In this document: piece after piece, positions 1 to 9,022 of the stretch
How the letters are laid out: each line of letters opens with the position of its first letter
How positions within the stretch are numbered: position 1 is the stretch's first letter
From: Bacteroides sp.
Lineage (GTDB): Bacteria > Bacteroidota > Bacteroidia > G022818785
Direction: 5' to 3'
Assembly (NCBI GenBank): GCA_022818785.1
Contig: CP063811.1
Coordinates: 378,928 to 395,598 of the forward strand
DNA: 16,671 nucleotides
The notes under the pieces: generated by a model
Seen by the model: only the letters and a program-made list of their open reading frames with translations
Told to the model about the DNA's origin: nothing
The model's database searches: none
Made by a program: the position numbers and the translations under genes

Positions 1-1
1 A

Positions 2-2785
2 AAAAAAAAATATTTTTCTGAATTAGATTATATTAAAAAGTATAAAAAAAATATTTTAAAAAATATACTAGATGAAATATTACCAGAAGCATTTGCAATT
101 ATTAAAGAAACGGCTTTAAGATTTAAAAATCAAGATATTATAATTGTAAATACTAATGATTTTGATAAAAAAATATCATTAAAAAATTCATATGTAAAAA
201 TAAATAATGAAAAATCTCATTGGCATACAAATTGGAATATTGATAATAGTAATACTAAATGGAATATGGATTATTATGATGAGCAAATAATAGGAGCAAT
301 AGTATTACATCAAGGAAAAATATCAGAAATGAGAACTGGAGAAGGCAAAACATTAGTGGCAGTGTGTACAGCATATTTAAATGCATTGTCCGGAAATCCT
401 GTTCATGTTATAACAGTAAATGAATATCTCTCTAAAAGAGATTATCAATGGATGAAACCTATTTTAGAATTTCATGGATTATTAGTAGAATGTATTGATA
501 ATTATTCATCTAATTCTATTGAAAGAATTAATGCATACAATGCTAATATTATATATGGTACTAATAAAAGTTTTGGCTTTGATTATTTAAGAAGCAATAT
601 GGTTAATGATATTAATTTTATGATTAAAAATGATTATTATTATGCAATAATAGATGAAGTAGATTCTGTTTTAATAGACGAAGCTAGAACACCACTTGTA
701 ATATCAGGTCCATCTAATAATACTCCAAATTATACAGAATTGTATAATTTAAATTTTCATGTCAAAAATATATACCATTATCAGATAAAATGTATTGATG
801 AACTTTTAGTTAAAGCACAAAAATATATTAAATATAATGATTATGAAAATGGAGGTTTTTGTTTATTAAAAATTTACAAAGGATTTCCCAATTATGAAAA
901 ATTTATAAAATATATCAGTAATCCCTTTATTAGAAAAATATTAAATGATAGTGAAAACAAATATCTTCAACAATATAATCATAATGATATTAAATTATAT
1001 TCAAATTTATTATTTATTGTTGATGAAAAAAATAATTCTGCTGAATTTACTGATAATGGTATTAATTATATTAACAAACATTTAAATAGCAATTTTTTTA
1101 TACTTCCAGATGTCAATTATTTAATAAATAAAATAAATAGAAATGATGTTTTATATGAAAATAAAAAGCAAAGCATTATCAATAAATTTAATGTTAAGTC
1201 AGAAAAAATTCATTATTTAAATCAACTTTTAAAAGCATACACATTATTCCATAATAATAAAGATTACATTATACAAAATAATAAAATTATAATAATAGAT
1301 CCACAAACAGGAAGAATTTCAAAAGATAAAAGATATTCAGATGGTATACATCAAGCTATAGAAGCGAAAGAAAATGTTAAAATTGAGAAATGTGATCAAA
1401 CTTTGGCATCTATTACATTACAAAATTTTTTTAAATTATATGATAAAATATGTGGCATGACAGGAACTGCATCAACAGAAATTAATGAATTTTGGACAAT
1501 ATACAAATTAGATGTAATTACTATACCTACACATTTGCCTGTCATAAGATTAGATAAAGATGATTTAATATTTAAAACAAAAGATATTAAATATCAATAT
1601 ATATTAAAACGTATAATTGAATTGCATAAAAAACGTGTTCCTATTCTTGTAGGTACAACATCTGTTAAAGATTCTGAATTAATAAGTAGTTTTTTAAAAA
1701 AAATAAAAATAAAACATAATGTATTGAATGCTAAATATCATGACAAAGAAGCTTCTATTATAAAAGAAGCTGGTATAGAATCAAGTATTACTATAGCCAC
1801 AAATATGGCAGGAAGAGGCACAGATATAAAAATATCAGATAAAGTACGTAAGTTAGGTGGGTTGTTTGTATTAGGTACCGAAAGACATGAATCTAGAAGA
1901 ATTGATAACCAATTAATAGGAAGATCTGGTAGACAAGGAGATCCAGGAGTATCTCAATTTTTTATTTCATTACAAGATGATTTAATGAGATTATTTGGTT
2001 CAGATAGAATTCATTATATAATGAATTCTATAGGTTATAACGCAAATGAAATTATACAACACAAAATAATTAATAATTCTATAGAAAAAGCTCAAAAAAA
2101 AGTAGAAAATAGCAATTTTCATATTCGTAAAAGATTAATAGAATATGATGATGTCATTAATTATCAAAGAAATATTATTTATTCTAAAAGATATAATACT
2201 CTTTTATATGATAGAATAGATATAGAAATTTATAATTCAATTATAGAAATTATAAAAAATATTTTATATCAAAATTTAAATAATAATAAATGTTTGCAAC
2301 AAATAATTTTTGATATATTTGGATTTAAAATTGAAGAAGATAAATTGGATTTAAAAAAAATTAAAAAAGATTATAATATATTATATAATATTATAGAATA
2401 CCGATATAATCTAATATGTAAACAAATTATATCCGATTATAATATTTATTTAAAAAACACACACAATACTATTGTAGTGTTTTCCTATAAAAAAAGGCAA
2501 ATTTTAATTAATTTAAATAAATTAATTAATGATTCTTTTATTTTCACATATAAAAGTAATTTAATGAATAGTATAATTGATTTTTATTGGAAAAAACATT
2601 TAAGAACTATAGATTATTTAAAAACATCAGTTCAAAACGTAATATATGAACAAAAAGATCCTTTATTAATATATAAAATCGAATCTTTTAAATTATTTGA
2701 CAAAATGATTTTATCTATTTATAAAGATTTAATATCATTTTTATTTAACAGTAAAATGATATTGTATAATAAATACTATAAATGA
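2..2785 (+). CDS. secA: Preprotein translocase subunit SecA (5'-partial; true start lies upstream of the window)
   Basis: Walker A MRTGEGKT, IIDEVDSVLIDEARTPL, GMTGTA, ATNMAGRGTDI, ERHESRRIDNQ..GRSGRQGDPG. The frame of the 266 ORF is open back to base 2 and reads KKKYFSELDY..ILDEILPEAFAIIKETALRF..WNMDYYDEQ, typical SecA sequence, so ATG 266 is internal. Ends at TGA 2783-2785. Confidence 0.98.
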   Translation, partial: KKKYFSELDYIKKYKKNILKNILDEILPEAFAIIKETALRFKNQDIIIVNTNDFDKKISLKNSYVKINNEKSHWHTNWNIDNSNTKWNMDYYDEQIIGAIVLHQGKISEMRTGEGKTLVAVCTAYLNALSGNPVHVITVNEYLSKRDYQWMKPILEFHGLLVECIDNYSSNSIERINAYNANIIYGTNKSFGFDYLRSNMVNDINFMIKNDYYYAIIDEVDSVLIDEARTPLVISGPSNNTPNYTELYNLNFHVKNIYHYQIKCIDELLVKAQKYIKYNDYENGGFCLLKIYKGFPNYEKFIKYISNPFIRKILNDSENKYLQQYNHNDIKLYSNLLFIVDEKNNSAEFTDNGINYINKHLNSNFFILPDVNYLINKINRNDVLYENKKQSIINKFNVKSEKIHYLNQLLKAYTLFHNNKDYIIQNNKIIIIDPQTGRISKDKRYSDGIHQAIEAKENVKIEKCDQTLASITLQNFFKLYDKICGMTGTASTEINEFWTIYKLDVITIPTHLPVIRLDKDDLIFKTKDIKYQYILKRIIELHKKRVPILVGTTSVKDSELISSFLKKIKIKHNVLNAKYHDKEASIIKEAGIESSITIATNMAGRGTDIKISDKVRKLGGLFVLGTERHESRRIDNQLIGRSGRQGDPGVSQFFISLQDDLMRLFGSDRIHYIMNSIGYNANEIIQHKIINNSIEKAQKKVENSNFHIRKRLIEYDDVINYQRNIIYSKRYNTLLYDRIDIEIYNSIIEIIKNILYQNLNNNKCLQQIIFDIFGFKIEEDKLDLKKIKKDYNILYNIIEYRYNLICKQIISDYNIYLKNTHNTIVVFSYKKRQILINLNKLINDSFIFTYKSNLMNSIIDFYWKKHLRTIDYLKTSVQNVIYEQKDPLLIYKIESFKLFDKMILSIYKDLISFLFNSKMILYNKYYK

Positions 2786-3138
2786 TTTTTTTTTATAAAA
2801 ACATTATATTTTTTTTCTGCATTATTATTTTAATAGAATACAAAGATCCTCTGATTGATCAGATAATCAATGATAGAATTATATTAAATACAAATTATAA
2901 AACAAAAAAAGGATATAGAATATTATTATATTATGGCAGTGATATAAATAAATATTTAAAATATAAAAAACTATATATTGAAAAATATAATAATAACATA
3001 TACTTTCAATATATAGATTCTAATTTTATTCTTACAACAGGAGATTATGAATATTATTCAGAAGCATATCATGATATAGAAGAAATGTCATCAATTTTTA
3101 ATGATATAATGATTGTTGATTCTGAGATTAATAGTTAA
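2782..3138 (+). CDS. Small membrane-anchored/exported protein with a degenerate SPOR (peptidoglycan-binding) domain
   Basis: ATGA overlap with the secA stop; hydrophobic N-terminus; KDPLIDQII..KGYRILLYYG..FQYIDSNFILTTGDY..SEA resembles the Bacteroidota SPOR pattern G(F/Y)RVQIYSG..Y.QPN(F/Y).VRVGDF...EA (recalled consensus). Confidence 0.65.
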   Translation: MIFFYKNIIFFFCIIILIEYKDPLIDQIINDRIILNTNYKTKKGYRILLYYGSDINKYLKYKKLYIEKYNNNIYFQYIDSNFILTTGDYEYYSEAYHDIEEMSSIFNDIMIVDSEINS

Positions 3139-5927
3139 TTCAAATTGTATAACTTGTATATTTCTTTAGAAGTTTTTACAAATCGTATATTTTCACCTGT
3201 AGATTTCATTTCTGGTCCTAGCTTTATATCAGCATCAGGAAATCTATCGAATGAAAATATAGGTTCTTTAATAGCATAACCTTGCATATTAGTATTAATA
3301 TTAATATTATCTAATTTTTCATGTCCTATTATAATCTTAGTAGCTATATCAACAAAGGATATATTATATGCTTTTGAAATAAAAGGGACAGTTCGAGATA
3401 CACGAGGATTAGCTTCTATAACATATACTGTATCATTTTTTATAGCAAACTGAATATTTATAAAACCTATTATCTCTAATTTTTGTGCAATTAAAATAGT
3501 ATATTTCTTTATTTGGTTAATTATATCATTTGATAGTGAAAAAGTTGGTAAAACAGATGTTGAATCTCCTGAATGTATGCCTGCATTTTCTATATGTTCC
3601 ATAATACCTATTATTATAACATTTTTACCATCACATATAGCATCAGATTCTACTTCTTTAGCATTTTCTAAAAAATGATCAATAATTACATTATTATTTG
3701 TTTTGTCAAAAATTTTAGTGATTTTATTTGTTAATTCAACATTATTATAAACTATATGCATATCTTGCCCTCCTAAAACATAACTAGGTCTTATTAACAA
3801 AGGATATCCTATTTTATTGCCAATTGTTAATGCTTGATTAACATTATCAGATATTCCATATTTTGGATATGGAATACCTAAATTTATCAAAAATTCAGAA
3901 AATTTTCCTCTATCTTCTGCAAGATGAATATTATCATAAGAAGTACCATATATTTTTATATTGTTTTTTTTCAATTTTTCAGCTATTTTGATCGAGGTTT
4001 GTCCACCTAATTGAACAATTACTCCTAAAGGATTTTCTAATTTAATTATATCATATATATATTCCCATGATAATGGTTCAAAATATAATTTATCAGCAAT
4101 ATTAAAATCTGTTGATACAGTCTCAGGATTACAATTTATCATTATAGCTTCATAGCCACACTTTTTTATACTTAAAATACCATGTACACATGAATAATCA
4201 AATTCAATTCCTTGACCAATTCTATTAGGTCCAGAGCCTATTATTATGATTTTATTTGTATTATTAGAAATTGATTCATTCTCTTCATTATAAGAAGAAT
4301 AATAATAAGGAGTATATGCATTGAATTCTCCCGCACAAGTATCTACCATGTGATATATTCTTTTTATGTTATTTTTTTCTCTTAAATGTAAAACTTGCTC
4401 CTCTGTAGATTTTAATATGACAGACATATGATAATCTGAAAATCCATATTCTTTATATTCTTTTATAATTTTTATAGGTATATTATCAATATTATATGTT
4501 TCAAGTATTTTTTCTAAAACAATAATTTCTTTTAATTGATTTAAAAACCATTTATCTATCTTAGTTAATTCATATAATAAATCTATTGACATTCCTGATT
4601 TAAATCCTTGCAACAAATAAAATACTCTATCCCATGAAGGATTTTTCAAATTATATATAATGTTATCTTCTGTAAAAGTCTTTTTATTATTCAATTTTAA
4701 AATATCACTTTCTATTGAATAACATGCTTTTAAAAATGCCTCTTTGAAACTTCTTCCTATAGCCATAATTTCACCTACAGATTTCATTTGTAATCCTAGA
4801 ATATTGTTACATCCTACAAACTTATTAAAATTCCATTTGGGAATTTTAACTACAACATAATCTATAGTAGGTTCAAAAAAAGCAGATGTATTTCCTGTTA
4901 TTTGATTTTTCAATTCATCTAAATTATACCCAATAGACAATTTAGCAGCAATTTTAGCTATTGGATATCCAGTAGCTTTAGATGCAAGAGCAGAAGATCT
5001 AGATACACGAGGATTAATTTCTATTACCATTATATCATTATTAATTGGATTAATAGCAAATTGAACATTGCATCCTCCAGTAAAATATCCTATGTTTTTA
5101 GTCATTTTAATTGCCATATCTCTTATTTTTTGATATATTTTATCTGGCAATGTCATAGTAGGCGCTACTGTTATTGAATCTCCTGTATGTATTCCTGTTG
5201 GATCAAAATTTTCTATAGGGCAAACTATAATAGTATTTCCTTTTTTGTCTTTTAATAATTCTAATTCAAATTCTTTCCATCCGTATAATGATTTTTCCAT
5301 TATTATTTCATTTAACGGTGATGCTTTTAATCCATTTTCAACAGCATTATTTAAATCTTTTTTGCTATATACAATCCCTCCTCCACGACCTCCAAGTGTA
5401 TATGATGATCTAATTACTAGTGGAAATCCTATTTTTTTTGCAATTTTATTACCTTCTTCTAAAGAAGTAATTTTATGAGATATTGGTACATTAATACCTA
5501 TATCTATCATTAGATTTTTAAATTTTTCTCTATTTTCTGTTATATCAATTACATTATGATCTAATCCAATAATTTCAACATTATATTTTTTCCACAATCC
5601 CAATTTTTCTGCTTCTATACATAAATTAAGAGCAGTTTGCCCACCCATAGTTGGTAAAACAGCATTTATTGGTTTTCTATTATTTATATGATCAATTAAT
5701 ATATCTATAATGGATTGTATTTCAAGAGGCTTAAGATAGACATTATCTACTATTATCTTATCTGTCATAATAGTAGCAGGATTAGAATTTATTATAGATA
5801 CTTCTATTCCTTCTTCTTTTAATGCCATAGCAGCTTGAGATCCTGAATAGTCAAATTCGCAAGCTTGACCAATTATTATTGGTCCAGATCCTATAATTAA
5901 TACTGATTTGATAATATTGTTTTTCAT
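3135..5927 (-). CDS. carB: Carbamoyl-phosphate synthase large subunit (short Bacteroidota type without C-terminal MGS domain)
   Basis: IIGSGPIIIGQACEFDYSG, NSNPATIMTD, GIHTGDS, EINPRVSRSSALASKATGYPIAK, second half GSGPNRIGQGIEFDY, GIHSGDS, EANPRVSRTVPF, LGPEMKSTGE; 930 aa. Confidence 0.98.
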   Translation of the reverse strand: MKNNIIKSVLIIGSGPIIIGQACEFDYSGSQAAMALKEEGIEVSIINSNPATIMTDKIIVDNVYLKPLEIQSIIDILIDHINNRKPINAVLPTMGGQTALNLCIEAEKLGLWKKYNVEIIGLDHNVIDITENREKFKNLMIDIGINVPISHKITSLEEGNKIAKKIGFPLVIRSSYTLGGRGGGIVYSKKDLNNAVENGLKASPLNEIIMEKSLYGWKEFELELLKDKKGNTIIVCPIENFDPTGIHTGDSITVAPTMTLPDKIYQKIRDMAIKMTKNIGYFTGGCNVQFAINPINNDIMVIEINPRVSRSSALASKATGYPIAKIAAKLSIGYNLDELKNQITGNTSAFFEPTIDYVVVKIPKWNFNKFVGCNNILGLQMKSVGEIMAIGRSFKEAFLKACYSIESDILKLNNKKTFTEDNIIYNLKNPSWDRVFYLLQGFKSGMSIDLLYELTKIDKWFLNQLKEIIVLEKILETYNIDNIPIKIIKEYKEYGFSDYHMSVILKSTEEQVLHLREKNNIKRIYHMVDTCAGEFNAYTPYYYSSYNEENESISNNTNKIIIIGSGPNRIGQGIEFDYSCVHGILSIKKCGYEAIMINCNPETVSTDFNIADKLYFEPLSWEYIYDIIKLENPLGVIVQLGGQTSIKIAEKLKKNNIKIYGTSYDNIHLAEDRGKFSEFLINLGIPYPKYGISDNVNQALTIGNKIGYPLLIRPSYVLGGQDMHIVYNNVELTNKITKIFDKTNNNVIIDHFLENAKEVESDAICDGKNVIIIGIMEHIENAGIHSGDSTSVLPTFSLSNDIINQIKKYTILIAQKLEIIGFINIQFAIKNDTVYVIEANPRVSRTVPFISKAYNISFVDIATKIIIGHEKLDNININTNMQGYAIKEPIFSFDRFPDADIKLGPEMKSTGENIRFVKTSKEIYKLYNLN

Positions 5928-6036
5928 TATGTTATAATATTATGAATTGAATTATTAATTGGTTTATCATAAAACTAGATTAGTAATAATACAATTTATA
6001 AAATTAATTATAATTTTTAAACGAAATATGTATCTT

Positions 6037-6051
6037 CTGCCATTTAGTCAG
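6037..6051. promoter_or_regulatory. Imperfect palindrome CTGCCATTTAGTCAG, candidate activator (upstream enhancer) site for dnaK
   Basis: GC-rich CTGnC-N5-GnCAG dyad in an otherwise very AT-rich spacer, about 47 nt upstream of the -24 element. Function is inferred. Confidence 0.45.
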
Positions 6052-6096
6052 ATAACATTTATATGATATAAGGGCATATTAAATACCAAATAATAT

Positions 6097-6113
6097 TTGG
6101 CACAAGTATTGAA
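6097..6113 (+). promoter_or_regulatory. Sigma54 (RpoN)-type -24/-12 promoter of dnaK
   Basis: TGGCAC-AAGTA-TTGAA matches the TGGCAC-N5-TTGCW consensus with exact GG-N10-G spacing (one C>A change at -12), oriented toward dnaK, ending about 48 nt before the ATG. Confidence 0.65.
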
Positions 6114-6160
6114 GTATAAATTTTGTTATATTTTTTACAAACTATAAAATTAATTTAATT

Positions 6161-8041
6161 ATGTCAAAAATTATAGGTATAGATTTGGGAACTACAAATT
6201 CATGTGTTTCTGTTATGGAAGGAAATGAAGCTGTAGTAATTCCGAATAATGAAGGGAAAAGAACTACACCATCAATTGTAGCATTTATGAATAACAATGA
6301 AAGAAAAGTTGGTGACCCTGCAAAAAGACAAGCTATTACTAATCCAAAAAAAACTATTTTTTCTATCAAAAGATTTATGGGTAGACAATATGATGAAGTT
6401 GAATTAGAAAGCAAACGAGTATCATATAAAATAGTAAGAGGAAATAAAAATGAAATTAAAGTAGATGTAGATGGAAAATTATATACGCCTCAAGAAATAT
6501 CATCTATTATATTACAATCCATTAAAAAAACTGCAGAAGATTTTACAGGTTCAACTATTAATGAAGCAGTTATTACAGTTCCAGCATACTTTAATGATTC
6601 TCAACGTCAAGCAACAAAAGAAGCTGGAGAAATAGCTGGATTAAAAGTTAAAAGAATTATTAATGAACCAACGGCTGCAGCATTAGCATATGGAATAGAC
6701 AAAAAACATAAAAATTGTAAAATTATTGTATTTGATTGTGGGGGTGGAACACATGATGTTTCTATATTAGAACTTGGAGATGGAGTATTTGAAGTAAAAT
6801 CAACAGATGGAGATACACATTTAGGAGGAGATGATTTTGATCAAAAAATTATCGATTGGTTAGCAAATGATTTTAATAGCCAAGAAGGAATTGATTTACG
6901 TAAAGATCCAATGGCCTTACAAAGACTAAAAGAAGCAGCAGAAAAAGCTAAAATTGAACTTTCAAGTACTAATGCTACAGAAATTAATTTACCATATATT
7001 ATGCCTGTTAATGGTATACCTAAACATTTACTAAAAACTTTAACAAGAGCAAAATTTGAACAATTGATTGATGATTTAGTAGCTCGTACAATTAAACCTT
7101 GCAAATCTGCATTAAAAAATGCTAAATTATCTCATACTGATATTGATGAGATTATATTAGTAGGTGGATCTACTAGAATACCTGCAATTCAATCTGCAGT
7201 AGAAAAATTTTTCAATAAAAAACCATCAAAAGGTGTTAATCCTGATGAAGTAGTTGCTACAGGAGCAGCAATTCAAGGAGGTGTTTTATCTGGTGATGTT
7301 AAAGATGTATTATTATTAGATGTAACTCCACTATCACTTGGTATAGAAACTATGGGAAATGTTTTTACTAAATTAATAGAATCTAACACAACAATACCAA
7401 CTAAAAAAAGTGAAGTGTTTTCTACAGCAGCTGATAATCAGCCTAGTGTTGAAATACATGTTTTGCAAGGTGAAAGACCTATGGCAAGAGACAATAGAAC
7501 AATAGGAAGATTCCATTTAGATGGAATACCTCCTGCACCTAGAGGTGTGCCTCAAATAGAAGTTACGTTTGATATTGATGCAAATGGTATTATACATGTT
7601 AGTGCAAAAGATAAGGGAACGAATAAAGAACAAAAAATCAGAATTGAATCATCTTCAGGATTAAGTAAAGAAGAAATAAACAAGATGAAAGAAGAGGCTG
7701 AAAAAAACGCTGAAAATGATAAAAAATTAAAAGAAAAAGCTAATGTTTTAAATTCTGCTGATTCTTTAATTTTTTCAACTGAAAAACAATTAAAAGAATA
7801 TAAAGATAAATTATCTAGTGATAATAAATCTAAAATAGAAGCTTGTTTAAAAGATTTAAAAGAAAGCTATAGTAAAAAAGATGTATCTCAAATTGAAAAG
7901 CATACCAAAAATTTATCAGATGCTTGGAATATTGCATCATCTGATTTATATAAAGATAACAAAAATTCTGAACAAAAAGTAAATGATGAAAATAATACAA
8001 AAACAGAGAATACAAAAACAACTGATTATAAAGAAGTATAA
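6161..8041 (+). CDS. dnaK: Molecular chaperone DnaK (Hsp70)
   Basis: [101 protein letters not shown]. Confidence 0.99.
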   Translation: MSKIIGIDLGTTNSCVSVMEGNEAVVIPNNEGKRTTPSIVAFMNNNERKVGDPAKRQAITNPKKTIFSIKRFMGRQYDEVELESKRVSYKIVRGNKNEIKVDVDGKLYTPQEISSIILQSIKKTAEDFTGSTINEAVITVPAYFNDSQRQATKEAGEIAGLKVKRIINEPTAAALAYGIDKKHKNCKIIVFDCGGGTHDVSILELGDGVFEVKSTDGDTHLGGDDFDQKIIDWLANDFNSQEGIDLRKDPMALQRLKEAAEKAKIELSSTNATEINLPYIMPVNGIPKHLLKTLTRAKFEQLIDDLVARTIKPCKSALKNAKLSHTDIDEIILVGGSTRIPAIQSAVEKFFNKKPSKGVNPDEVVATGAAIQGGVLSGDVKDVLLLDVTPLSLGIETMGNVFTKLIESNTTIPTKKSEVFSTAADNQPSVEIHVLQGERPMARDNRTIGRFHLDGIPPAPRGVPQIEVTFDIDANGIIHVSAKDKGTNKEQKIRIESSSGLSKEEINKMKEEAEKNAENDKKLKEKANVLNSADSLIFSTEKQLKEYKDKLSSDNKSKIEACLKDLKESYSKKDVSQIEKHTKNLSDAWNIASSDLYKDNKNSEQKVNDENNTKTENTKTTDYKEV

Positions 8042-8057
8042 TAAATATGTAAAATGT

Positions 8058-8097
8058 ATAGCAATCAAAAATATTTTTGATTGCTATTTCATTTTTA
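8058..8097. terminator. Hairpin (perfect 30-bp palindrome 8058-8087) between convergent dnaK and exonuclease genes; likely intrinsic terminator
   Basis: ATAGCAATCAAAAAT/ATTTTTGATTGCTAT are exact reverse complements; starts 17 nt after the dnaK stop; followed by T-rich TTCATTTTT on the + strand. Confidence 0.7.
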
Positions 8098-8881
8098 ATT
8101 TAATTTTTGTAATTACTTTTTTTGTATTATGAGGAAAATTGCTTTTTAGAATCCAGTTATAATATTGAGGATTATTTTTTAATACTAATTCTACAGATTG
8201 TCCTAAATATTTTCCAAAATTAAATATTTCTTTTTGATTTATATCATATACAATTTTACCAGCTAAATCTACTCTATTGGATGTAGAGGTAAATGAACTT
8301 AAATCGTGGACATTATTATTAATTAATGGCCTTAATTGTCCTTCCTTATCTTTGATTTTGATATCTTTATAATATGAAATTTGAGATAATAAAACTTCAT
8401 ATGTGACTTTACTATCTATAATTGCAGAATGAGCATTTTTAAGTTCTTTTTTACAATAAAATTTATAAGCTGCAGATAAAGTACGCTGTTCCATTTTATG
8501 AAAAATATTTTGAACATCTATAACTTTATGATTATTAATATCAAAGTCTATGTTAACTTTCGAAAATTCTTCTGTTAACAGTGGTATATCAAATCTATTA
8601 CAATTATACCCTGCTAAATCACATTTATATATAAATTCAAATATTTTTTTAGAATGATCTATAAAATATTTTTTGTCTTTTACATCTTCATCATATATAT
8701 TATGAATCTTAGAAACATTTTTTGGTATATTTATACCTGGATTTACTCTATCATATAGAGTAATACTAGACATATCAGGCATAACCTTAAAAAAGCAGTA
8801 CTCTACAATTTTGTCATTTAAAATATTTAATCCTGTAGCTTCTAAATCAATAAATACTAAAGGTCTTGTTAATTTAATCAT
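8084..8881 (-). CDS. DEDDh 3'-5' exonuclease (DNA polymerase III epsilon-like, Bacteroidota type)
   Basis: ExoI VFIDLEATG, ExoII AGYN..RFDIPLL, ExoIII AHSAIID, and the C-terminal VDLAGKIV..FNFGKY.G..V..YYNWI extension typical of Bacteroidota homologues. Confidence 0.92.
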   Translation of the reverse strand: MIKLTRPLVFIDLEATGLNILNDKIVEYCFFKVMPDMSSITLYDRVNPGINIPKNVSKIHNIYDEDVKDKKYFIDHSKKIFEFIYKCDLAGYNCNRFDIPLLTEEFSKVNIDFDINNHKVIDVQNIFHKMEQRTLSAAYKFYCKKELKNAHSAIIDSKVTYEVLLSQISYYKDIKIKDKEGQLRPLINNNVHDLSSFTSTSNRVDLAGKIVYDINQKEIFNFGKYLGQSVELVLKNNPQYYNWILKSNFPHNTKKVITKIKLKMK

Positions 8882-9022
8882 GTAAAATTGGTATTATATA
8901 AAATTATAATATTGAATATCTATAATTTAAAAAAAAATATAAAAATAATATATTAATTGATAATATATAAAAGTATTCATATATTTATTTGTTACATTTA
9001 GATAAAATTTGCACTTTACTAT

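Noticed and set aside
266-268. ATG 266 as the secA start
   Set aside because: The frame is open and SecA-like back to base 2.
2783-2785. UGA-to-Trp recoding as in some tiny genomes
   Set aside because: Long ORFs translate without interruption under the standard bacterial code, the Trp codons I checked are TGG, and this TGA forms a typical ATGA stop/start overlap.
3135-3200. carB as a truncated pseudogene (no MGS domain)
   Set aside because: Short CarB proteins ending soon after GPEMKSTGE are normal in many Bacteroidota; the stop overlaps the convergent gene cleanly and leaves no room for a remnant.
5245-5478. 77-aa plus-strand ORF inside carB
   Set aside because: Fully antisense to a conserved gene, non-ATG start, no motif.
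6142-7104. Antisense ORFs 6142..6414 and 6841..7104 opposite dnaK
   Set aside because: Antisense open frames are a well-known by-product of dnaK/hsp70 codon structure; no independent motifs.
7830-8021. 63-aa minus-strand ORF within the dnaK 3' end
   Set aside because: F/L/Y-rich translation simply mirrors the A-rich coding strand.
8988-9013. Bacteroidota -33/-7 promoter before sucC (TTTG ... AAAATTTGCA)
   Set aside because: The -7 box has a mismatch and the spacing is shorter than typical; plausible but not supportable.
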